Below, piece after piece: positions 39,290 through 50,900 of a stretch of DNA of 64,000 nt (positions are counted from its first letter, which is position 1; every line of letters begins with the position of its first letter). This DNA comes from Octopus bimaculoides. Its lineage: Eukaryota. The position numbers and the translations under genes are program-made. The DNA is taken from contig NC_068985.1 in assembly GCF_001194135.2 (NCBI RefSeq), positions 22,618,379-22,682,378 on the forward strand. The letters are read 5' to 3'. The notes under the pieces are model-generated. The model saw only the letters and a program-made list of their open reading frames with translations, ran no database searches and was not told the origin of the DNA.

Positions 39290-40790
39290 TGAACTTCAAC
39301 GTTTAGGTCATGTTGGAACCTGCTGTACAATTTTACTTGGATAAACTATATAAAAATATTTTGAAGAATGCCTCCACCAATAAACATCCCTCTTTTTTTA
39401 CATCTTCTATTTTGGTGGTTTAGACTCAGCAACCAGTAATAATCTTAAAGCACCTTAGCCATTCTTGGTGCAATAGATGAAAACTTCATCAGGTGTTCAA
39501 TAGTTATGCCTAAATATTCCTCATACCATCATTCAACATTTACCGTCCATGCTGGAATGTGTTGGCTGGTTTGACAGGAGGTGGTAAGCCAGAGGACTAC
39601 ATCAGGTTTCACTGTTTTGGCAGTTTATACAGCTGGATGCCCTTTCTAATGCCAACCACTTTACAGAGTGGATTGGGTGTTGATAATGTCAACAATTTTA
39701 GTTTATATTTCTTGACAAGAGCTTAGATCCCATATTAAATACATCAGATTCTTAAACTGATTCTCCCATAATTTTTGTACTCCTATCTCCTCCCAACATG
39801 AATCAATAAATCTACAGTTTTTGTAAATGCCATGGGTTCTGCCTCTCCACCTCAGACTAAAACTTTAAAAGTAACCTTTAAGAAGGCCTATACAAAAGGC
39901 TACAAGTACCGTCCACCTTTTCCAATTTAACAGATAAACTGTGACTGATATGCAGAACTTTCCTTTTTTTATTTTTTTTTTTTTACATATCCAAATTAAA
40001 TTTCGTTTTCACACCCAAATGCATAATAATCGTATTTTTTGATATCCCTTTATAGGTTAAAAATTTTTTTTATACATGGTTTTTCTTAATCCTTTTGATA
40101 CCAACCCTGCTGAAACTACCTCCAACATTGTAGTACAAATGTCTTGTTTTCAAAATTCTGAATTAAAATCTTCCACCAAACCTTAGTCACAATTTATGTT
40201 CCTAACACTAGCTTAATGATAATTATTTTACTATAATCTTTGTTATATTTAAAATTAATTGAAAGAGCATCTCAACAGAAATATGGTAACAAAAGGCGGC
40301 GAGCTGGCAGAAATGTTAGCACGCTGGGCGAAGTGCTTCACGGTATTTCGTCTGAGTTCAAATTCCGCCGAGGTCGACTTTGCCTTTCATCCTTCCGGGG
40401 TCGATAAATTAAGTACCAATTACGCACTGGGGTCGATGTAATTGACTTAATTCCTTTGTCCCCTTGTGGGCAATGAAGAAAATAACTGGTATAGATGTTG
40501 GTTGATTTCTCTAGACATGCTTTACATTATATATATATAGGAAGGAATGAGAAACAACATAAGGGGTGCACACTTCGACTTCAACGTTTGGGTCATGTTG
40601 GAACCTGCTGTACAATTCTACTTGGATAAACTATATAATATATAAAAATATTTTGAAGAATGCCTCCACCAATAAACATCCCTCTTTTTGTTTTTACATT
40701 TTCAATTTTGGTGGTTTAGACTCAGCCTTGGTGCAATAGATGAAAACTTCATCAGGTGTTCAATAGTTATGCCTAAATGTTCCTGGCAGG
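39290..40790. repeat. About 200-bp direct repeat pair (39290-39510 and 40580-40790)
   Basis: ttcaacgttt.ggtcatgttggaacctgctgtacaatt...cttggtgcaatagatgaaaacttcatcaggtgttcaatagttatgcctaaat occurs twice; the second copy lacks a short internal segment. Confidence 0.85.
40090..40296. mobile_element. piggyBac-related MITE
   Basis: ttaa-tccttttgatacca ... tggtaacaaaagg resembles the TIR of the 17343-18863 element; the right end abuts a SINE. Confidence 0.5.
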
Positions 40791-42099
40791 TAAAAAAAAA
40801 TACTCATAATGAAGGAAAGAGAATGCATATAATGAACTTGCTCTTGTTGGTTTCAACATTTAAGGATTTGATAACCTACACTTTGCCAGTCATGTTTATG
40901 ACGAAAGTAACATTCAAGTCCCGGAGAATTTCCCATTAAATAAAAATCAACAATTTTAAGGTATTTTTTTTTTTTTTGAAAATTTGTATTAATTTCATTT
41001 TGTATGAGTGGGTTAAATTATACTTCTCAATATTACCCACAGCAGTAAAAGATACTTCCAAAGTTGTCATGAGTGGTAACGCTAGTATAGTATGCATTTC
41101 TTCAGTTTGTGCTCACCCAACTCTACCCTCAACATATAGGTTTTCCACTTGGTTGCTCTGTTCAGGCTTTCCTTTCTTTTGTTTCATCCCTCACTCTCTG
41201 CCTTTTGCCATCTTTCTGCTTCTCTCACACAATACTTACCAAAGTTCAGACTTTAGTTCTCTGATGATCTATAGAGGTTAAACAACCACACTGTTGAAAT
41301 GAAGTCAATTTGCCTTTATCTGAAACATTTGTTGATCTCAAAGCTCAGTGCACTATGTATTTAATATTATTTTAAATTATTCAGCTGTTTGTTTTCTGAA
41401 ATCTAATTACTGCTTTGTTTTAACTATATATTTATGTATTTTTAAAATATATATATTTTTTATGGTTTTAAAGAATTTTGTATTTCAAAGGAATTTTATA
41501 ATAAATTTTGATAAAAAAAAAATTGAATTTCATTTTCTTGTTTATTTAGTCACTAGACTATGTTATATTTATTTAAAGTTTGGTACCTATTCTACTGGTC
41601 AATTTTTATTGAACCCTCAAGTTATAGGGGATGTAAACAAAACTATCAAGCAGCAACGCATATACACACAATAGGCTCCTGCAATTTCCCTAAAACATTT
41701 GTTGGCCAGTGTACTGTAAAACATTTTAACACCCATATAAATATATATATATTTTTAAAGTCTGAGTAGTGTTCTAGCAACTTTTGTTCAGTTTGAAATT
41801 GTATAGAATTTTGACTGTATGAAGAATATGGAAGGAAAATAATTCCAGAGCCAGTAATTGCATTTTACTTGGATTTTGACATCATTTAAAGGGTTGTTTG
41901 TGTGAAACAAGTTTATTAATGCAGCATAGGTCATTTTGTTATACTCAGTGTAACAGTGAAGACACATGGCTTAGTGATTAGGGGATTTGGCTCACAATTT
42001 TAGGGATGTGAGTTTGATACTTTGCAGTGGATTGGGATCTTTTTCCCTTTGGCAGGCACATTTAAAAAATAAATTTTTGTAACTAAACACTTTCAAAAT

Positions 42100-42625
42100 T
42101 CGTATACTGGTAGAATGTGTCACATAAAACATCATTTACTCTTGGCGTTTTTGAGAAAATTGTGTTTTTTCAACCAATCAATGACGTCTATTGAGGTGAA
42201 AACAATTACTGCTGTTGTTTGTCATTGTTATTTATAACATATTTCATCTCATTTACGTTTGTATGAATAAACGAGTGTATCTGAAGCAGGTTTACTTCAT
42301 GGCACCACCACAATTGTTCGTGCATTTCTACTGCTTTTAGTCTTTTTCCCCGGTTTTTCAGCTATTTTTGGAAAGACATTTTGCCCCCCCCCCTCCAATT
42401 TCTTCATTTTTTCCAAAACCCTAAAACCAGTACAAACACAAACGATGTCATAAATACCAGTGACAAACACCAGCAGTAATTTTATTCAGCTGAATACACA
42501 TCATTGATTGGTTGAAATTACTGAAATACAACTTTTAGCAAGAAATAACTTTGAAAAAATATAAACTTTTCTCAAAAACACTAAGAATAAAAGATATTTT
42601 ATATGACGTTCTACCAGTGTCCAAA
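42100..42625. mobile_element. MITE with long imperfect nested inverted repeats
   Basis: actggtagaatgtgtcacataaaacatc vs gatattttatatgacgttctaccagt; inner ttcaaccaatcaatga vs tcattgattggttgaa. Confidence 0.65.
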
Positions 42626-44881
42626 GGGAAACGATCCGTGGATTGTCCCAGAGCATGATACTTTTATTTCACATTGCTCCAGACCACTCAGCTGGCAAAA
42701 AGGAGTTGTACTTGTAATTCAGAGCGATGTTGAATCTTCCAGAGAACTACGTTAAGGGTACGTGTGTCTACAAAATTTTCTTAGATGCTATAGTTGATTC
42801 CATAAGTATGCTTTTCAATCAGCCCATTTAATGTACATACAATTTGTCTATCTTTGTACATCCTCCACATTCATTATCTGTTTTGCAACCATGCATTACA
42901 TAATGTGCCTTTCACTGAAAAAGAGGCTCTCTAAAGTAATACCTACCTCAATTTAGTCACCCTGTTATACTTTGGCTGTCAACTTCTAGGCATTTGAAGG
43001 TACTCATTGCTAATTAAATCTGTGTATACAAAATCTTTCTACCAGCCAGTCGTAATAAACCAACTTTATTCCGTAGGCTTTGCTTCTATATTCGGAATTT
43101 GCTCCTAATTAACTGAGTTGTCTGACTTTCTGTAGAATTGCACCCAGACCAACAAATTTCTGGCCTATAATGACGACTACTACCTCATTCCTTGGACTAC
43201 ATGATCAAAAACTTTGCAAGAGATTCAATTTCAGCCATAAAAAAATCTTTACTAGGTTGTTTAACTGCTAATCAGCCCTATGATCTAAGTTATTTCCAGC
43301 TGTGATGTATAGGTTAAGAATCAAATTATTGTCTAATTAGATTTTGTACATAATTACTCCTTCTCTCAAGATACCTGCCTATAATAATAGAAGCATGTAA
43401 CTAAACTATTTTACCTCCCCTGTCATTTTCATCTGGTTAAGTGCTTTGTTCTCATCTCTGGTAACACATCCGAATGCTATTCTCTTCTCAGTCAGATTTG
43501 ATTGTGAACCATAAATGGCCTCAAACTCAAGCAATCATAAAATCTAAAGCCACAGCACTGCTATCTGCTCAGATTTAAAACTGTCTCACATATACCTTTT
43601 GTAGACTGGCACACTTTTGTGCTGTATCTTCCAGAAATATCTTTTCTTTCAAAGCATAATGAACTTCAGAACTTCTTAGCTGTAATCCATGTAACATATA
43701 TGAAAATCTGGTTGGAATGTAATAAACAGCAATGTGCAATATAACAATTTCTGTTCATAATTCTTGGTAAAGAAAAACACCAGAACTTCTTGGTACTTTT
43801 TTCTCATAATACGTGTCCCTCCCTCCTGCATTCCCATCAGATCTTAACAATTGACGTTCTCTCCCCTGTACTTAACTATTCTATTGATGTTCTTAAGTCT
43901 TTAACAGTTTTCTGTCTCCAATTGATTCAATGAACTGTCCCATAAACTGCAATTGGTGTGCAACAGAGGTACTTGCTACTCTCTTGCAGATGTCATTTCT
44001 AACCAGCAAATATGGTCATTGAAGAGGAAACAGTCATGTTTTAAGCATGCAGATACATGCTCCCTCCAAGAATGCTATACCCAATTATATCTTTCTGGGA
44101 AATCTTACATATTTGTTTGAAAAAAAAAAAAAAAAAAAAAACCCCGGGGCCTACTCCAGCTCTAGACATCCATAGAGTTTCCTGCAAATCACCTCTACAA
44201 TAGTCTTGCAAGCACCTTAGATATTCATTTGTGATGTAGAGACAGTATCAAGCTCTTGTTGGAAACAGTAGGAATAATTAAATAAGCATACAAAATAGTG
44301 TACTTGCCAGGAAATTGAACAAACCCAAGTCGTATACTAAATGTACAAACGTTCAAGAGACTATTCTACTGGTCAGAAAAACTTTTTGTTCTAATAAACA
44401 AATCGTGATTATTAAATGAAATTTATTCTTAAATTGCAGTACTCATCTAGTCATGATAGTAAATCCATGCTTTACTTTGGCAAAGCATATACATCTATTA
44501 AGAAACTTTTACCAAATTATTTCCGACTCCCAACATACAAAATTCACTTCACAATGTCTCACTCTAAAGCTATATTATAACAGATGAATCTTTGTATTTG
44601 AGAAACAATACTTCTGCTCTTCAGAATGAATCCTTACCAGAAAGGTATAAGCCTCTCTGGTTACTATTGAAACATCTATTTCCATTGATGATTAAATGAC
44701 ATAAGTAACAAAAGGTATGAACTACATTTAGGAAGTCCTAACATAATCATTTGCATGTGGTTGTTGAAATAACAATGAATACACCAAATAATTCACGAAT
44801 GAAATTTGGTGCTTCAGAAATTGAGCACAACATAAAATATAGTAGGAATAACTTCAGAAAAATACAGATACCAGGAACAAC

Positions 44882-44887
44882 TTTATT
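44882..44887 (-). terminator. RPS24 polyadenylation signal AATAAA
   Basis: About 45 nt after the stop codon in the terminal exon. Confidence 0.75.
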
Positions 44888-44932
44888 CCACAGTAAAAAC
44901 AGATATCAAACAGATGCCCGGGATCATTCTCC

Positions 44933-47900
44933 TCACTAGAAAGAAAAAAGAAAAAGAAAAATTAGAAAATCATTTAAGCACGAACTACAGTTTAAATTCA
45001 CAATGAATTTCAAAATGAAGTGTATATGTACACACACATCAGCAAACGATGTTAGTAAAAAGAACCCAGTGGTAATACAAAGTTATCAAAAAAAAAAAAA
45101 AAAAAAAAAAAGTCAACACTTCAAACAGGAAATGGTTTGCATGCTATAGTAATCATATAACAATTTAAGTCTTTTAAATCTATTTTACTGATATAACTAA
45201 TATTGTAATTCTAAAAACAAATTAACAACAGGAACTTTAACAGAACACTCAATTTCACATCAATTTACCTAACTGTTAAACACAAAATCTCAATGTTACA
45301 TAAAGTGGGATGATTTAAGCCGACGGCATTCTCACACCCACTCGAAGTCGAGGTTCATACTTGTTGCAGTATGGATACCAGCAACCCTCCTTTTAATGAA
45401 CTCATTATAAACTGACTTTTATAGTTATAAAATCTCTAAACTACTTTCAATATGTGCAGTAGCACTTTTACCACAAAACCAACGTTACTGAGTATATTTT
45501 ATGGCAAAAAAATATACTCAGGAGATTAGTTTTAATTCAAAACAAAAACAAGGTGTATGAGAGCAGGTGATCAGAAAGCAGACTATTTGTGATTTTCAAT
45601 GCCTACAATAACCGTCACGCACTCTCTGAATTAAATGTTAAGTTACATACAGAATATGGCAAATTGACAAACAGTGACTAACACTAATTTCACCTTTCAT
45701 TTCAGAGTACAAATTATGATGTGTGTATTAATAAGTTTTTTAAAACTTTGCTCTGAAGATAATTTTGGGTTAACTACTTTAGTAAAGTTAAACCCCCAAA
45801 TTTTCAAAGCAAGAGGAACTATATTTACAAACAACATAATGGTACATGGCAAAAAGTGTACTGTCAGTCATATTTTGTATGTAACATGCAAAAAAAGGGA
45901 ACACACAACAATACAAACCTTTTCATGTCTGTACAAAAATAATCTATACAAATTTCTGAAAAGACTTGAAAATTGGCCTATATAATCCAAAATGAATGAA
46001 ACGGCATTAATATTTTATGGTGAATTACAACGACCAAAGTGCTGGAGTAGTAATTATGAATACATACAACTGCCATTGTACTGTTCCTTTAGGCAATGTA
46101 TGTTTATGTCTCAACACATGCAGCTGTGTAAATTAACCAACCCATACTTTTAGGTTGAGGGGTTAAAGGTAAGAAAATTGCTAACAGAACTGCAAAAAAA
46201 TATGCTCCAGCATTATGCCTGAAATTCCCAGACCATCATGCCTAAGTTAGCATGGATAAACGGAAGTACAACAGTTAAAAATTTAAACGAATATTTACAG
46301 ACATGAAAAAGTTAATGCGTAAAATAAACTATTCTAAAAAGGTAGACTGGTGCTAGGAGGTAATTAAGAATAATTTAGATGAACAAGGAAAACATCAGTT
46401 CAAAAGTGGAGCACAACATTCAGGAAACACTGGTGGCATCAACATTAAAACGAAGATATATCAACCATCTTACCAGATATAGAAATAGTAGAATCTTATT
46501 TTTTCTAAAAATGAAACAAAATATTTCATGATGTAAAACATACCAAAATACAGGAAATACAGCATTATCTACATCACTACTTTAAATGGGAAAGCAGAGT
46601 ATTGATAAATAGAAAATTACAGAATGAACAACAACAGCCGTCTTGGAAGAAGCACCGCTCACAAAGAATACTGAAAGCAGACTTTGCCGCATTTACAGCA
46701 AAAACACAAAAAACCTTACCTTTTTGCCAGCACCAATTTTGGTTTTAGCCACACCCCGTACTTTCTTTTGCCTATTCTTTCTTTCTTTTCTCTGTTTGCG
46801 GCTTATCTTTCCTTTCTCATAGAGACCATGCTAAAAGAAAAACAAAAATCATTCTCATGTTTTCGTTTTCTTCTACATCTTAAATCTATTTTATCAATTT
46901 TTACATTATCCAATTCAATATTAAACAACATTTATTTTTTTTTCAATTTACAAAGCTTTAGCTAAATGTTGATTCAAAATACACATTTAAAATTCAGGGA
47001 AAGAAAAATACATACCCTTGCTAATCTGTGTTTAGGCTCAAATTTCTTTGCAAAATCTAATGTGTCATATATCATAGCAAACCCCGTACTTCTTCCACCG
47101 CCAAATTGTGTCCGGAAACCAAAGCAGAAAATCAGATCTGGTGTAGTTTTGTATTTAGATGCTAATTTTTCACGGATCTCTGTCTTAGGTACAGTAGCCC
47201 GTCCAGGATGTATGACATCTACCACCTATTTGAAGAAAAATAAAAAATGTAATTCTTTATCATTTCAAGAGAGCATCAACAGACTAGCACAGCATGACAC
47301 ACCTAATTTTCAGACAACAATGCCTGGAAATTTGAGATAGAAAATACCAGGGAGATGTTTTCACAGGAAGTGTGCAAGAGTTGGAAGGAAATGATGTGAC
47401 CATTCCTTGCTGGATAAGTAATGTGTAAAAAATGAACTGAGGGAAAAATTAGATATGAAGAATCAGAAGTAGTGTAAGAGAAGACTATGCCTGCACAGTA
47501 TGGAGGATGCCAGTCATGTAAAAAGGTGTAGAACACCTTAAAGATTACACAGAACTGAAATTTGTGAGGAAGTGATGTGCTGGAAAAGATTCGCCCAACA
47601 TATCTGTGCAGGAACGGCAAAAATTGATGACAATGAGCTATGGGATGCAGAATATCCACATTTGTATCTTTCCTTAATATTCAGTCTTAGTCTTCTTAAT
47701 ATTCTACTGACTTTGTAGCTACCTCACAACTATCACCATATTTATTCCCATCAAACCATCCATGTAAAGAAGGAAAGTATAATTTTGATCTGCCTATATC
47801 AAATCCCAATTCTTTATTGTTAGCCACTACTCACTGCTTCCCCTACTACATGCCACTATCCAATCTCCTTAAAATATTTACCGAACATTGTTCCATCATT

Positions 47901-50900
47901 ATATTCTCTTCCACTGCTCGCCTCTATTTGCCAGGGATCAGCATGGCAACACAGATGTAAAATGATGAAATATATTGAACTGGCTAATCCAAAACCAACT
48001 CATAAGAAATAACCATATCACAACATTTGTGAACTGAGTAGATGAAGCAGTTTTATGTCACTATTCTCTACATCAATGCCATAAGATTAAGAAATATTAT
48101 GAAGTGAAACTAGTTACACAGTTCCATGCATAAGAGCCTCCTACTATAGGTTCAATCCAACCAAAGCCTTGTAAGTGAAACTTAAGAGACAGGAACTATG
48201 TTGAAGCTCATTGTGAAGACTGTTCCTCATTCTGAGAGTGCATGGATGCCATAAACAGAAGCCAGTCTGATGCAAGCATCCTAGCTGGTTTCCCTGGTCT
48301 GAGAACAATACCCAGTCAACAGAATGGTGAAATGAAAAACCAAGTGCTGTTTACAGAACCATCATGATTGAAAAGTAGAAGACATCCTTCTGGCAAGGTA
48401 CCAAAAGGATCAGTTGCAATTTTGTGAGGCAAAAGAGGCACAGAGCTAGTTTTTGGGATGATGGTCCCACATGGTTGTAATGTTGGGTAGCAACCACCCA
48501 TCCAGCTTATGGGGATGTATGATTTGCTTAAAGCATTGCTCTCTGCCAGAGTGAAGCACATAAAGAACTGTTAATATTGACGAAACAGAGCACATATCTA
48601 TCAGCCCAGTTACAAAAAACAAAAATCAAGTAAAAAAACAATGTTATTTGTCACGACATTCTCGGAACCACTGAAGAATAAAATCAAAAGCAGCTCGATT
48701 TATATGAAGTAATTAATGTAGCTATTATGAACAAGATCCACATAATATCTTAAAAAAGACCATGTGGGGTGAAATAGCATTTGACAGAGCCGTAAGAATA
48801 ACTCAAACAATTTTGCTGTCAATATAATTGAAAACAGTTGGAAGACTTTCATCACCCACTTGTATATAATCCATAAGCATGTTTTTCCTACAAGTATAGC
48901 TTCTGAGTACCTTCATCCAATTAGAGACACATGAAAGAGAGTAAAATCAGCTCAGCAGGAATTAAGTTTATTAGAGAAATGATGTTTGCAGCCATATGTT
49001 AGTGCTGTAAATGGCACACTGGATATAAGGGCAAAAGCAACATAACTCATTTTCCCAGAAAGCCCAGCAAAGTATCATTTGAAGAAAAACAATTTACTAA
49101 ATACAGAAATAAAAACAAGAAAAAAATTTTCAATAACACAATCAGGAACAATGACAAAACACCCCATATCTGTATGCAGATATGCTTGTACAACATTGTG
49201 TGAACAAAGCAACTGTAATTTATGTAATTGTTTTAAAAACCCAACACCAACCGAGTCTGATTAAAGAAAACAAAGTCATGTAACAACAGTTGCGAAACCA
49301 CAAGGACAAACATACCAAATGGTTCGATTAGATGAAGTAATTTTATGTAGCTATTGTATATATATATCAATGCCACAATATGAAATAAAACATACCGTGG
49401 AGTAAAAATAGCAATTTATAATGTAGGGATTTAGGAGATTTCATGAGCAACCAGACATGTGTACCATCACTTTACAAAGACATGCTAGTTTTAAGGTATA
49501 CATTTATGTTAGTATTGTAAAAGGCACACTGGATATAATTCACAAGCAACATAACTCATTTTCCCCAGAGAGAGAAAAAATAAACACAATCAGGAACAAT
49601 GACAAAGCAACAGTAATTTATTGTAGTTGTTTAAAAAACCCAACACCAACCCAATCTGATTAAAGAAAAAGTAAAATCATGTAACAACAGTTGCGAAACC
49701 ACTAGGATAAACATTCCAAGAGGTTCGATTAGATGAAGTAATTTTATGTTGCTATTGTATACNNNNNNNNNNNNNNNNNNNNNNNNNNNNNNNNNNNNNN
49801 NNNNNNNNNNNNNNNNNNNNNNNNNNNNNNNNNNNNNNNNNNNNNNNNNNNNNNNNNNNNNNNNNNNNNNNNNNNNNNNNNNNNNNNNNNNNNNNNNNNN
49901 NNNNNNNNNNNNNNNNNNNNNNNNNNNNNNNNNNNNNNNNNNNNNNNNNNNNNNNNNNNNNNNNNNNNNNNNNNNNNNNNNNNNNNNNNNNNNNNNNNNN
50001 NNNNNNNNNNNNNNNNNNNNNNNNNNNNNNNNNNNNNNNNNNNNNNNNNNNNNNNNNNNNNNNNNNNNNNNNNNNNNNNNNNNNNNNNNNNNNNNNNNNN
50101 NNNNNNNNNNNNNNNNNNNNNNNNNNNNNNNNNNNNNNNNNNNNNNNNNNNNNNNNNNNNNNNNNNNNNNNNNNNNNNNNNNNNNNNNNNNNNNNNNNNN
50201 NNNNNNNNNNNNNNNNNNNNNNNNNNNNNNNNNNNNNNNNNNNNNNNNNNNNNNNNNNNNNNNNNNNNNNNNNNNNNNNNNNNNNNNNNNNNNNNNNNNN
50301 NNNNNNNNNNNNNNNNNNNNNNNNNNNNNNNNNNNNNNNNNNNNNNNNNNNNNNNNNNNNNNNNNNNNNNNNNNNNNNNNNNNNNNNNNNNNNNNNNNNN
50401 NNNNNNNNNNNNNNAATAAAACATACCGTGGAGTAAAAATAGCAATTTATAATGTAGGGATTTAGGAGATTTCATGAGCAACCAGACATGTGTACCATCA
50501 CTTTACAAAGACATGCTAGTTTTAAGGTATACATTTATGTTAGTATTGTAAAAGGCACACTGGATATAATTCACAAGCAACATAACTCATTTTCCCCAGA
50601 GAGAGAAAAAATAAACACAATCAGGAACAATGACAAAGCAACAGTAATTTATTGTAGTTGTTTAAAAAACCCAACACCAACCCAATCTGATTAAAGAAAA
50701 AGTAAAATCATGTAACAACAGTTGCGAAACCACTAGGATAAACATTCCAAGAGGTTCGATTAGATGAAGTAATTTTATGTTGCTATTGTATACACCGATG
50801 CCACACTCAGCCATAAGATTAAGACATAGAGTGGAATGAAAATAGCAGTTTATAATATATATATACACACACAAAATTTCATGAAAAAGTAGACGAGTAC

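Noticed and set aside
45674-45720. Strong plus-strand splice acceptor antisense to RPS24
   Set aside because: No linked donor or meaningful ORF.
48780-48860. GTGATGA C-box-like motif on the minus strand
   Set aside because: No CTGA D box at a suitable distance, and the motif is absent from the paralogous flank near 54000.
49315-49335. Plus-strand ATGGTTCGATTAG-ATGA is complementary to a conserved 28S segment (CUAAUCGAACCAU, from memory) and looks like a C/D guide plus D box
   Set aside because: It is antisense to the host gene, there is no C box, the match shortens in other copies, and the sequence is explained as the stem/pocket of the minus-strand H/ACA hairpin.
49744-50481. Long ORFs of about 240 aa
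   Set aside because: Made up of N-gap codons.
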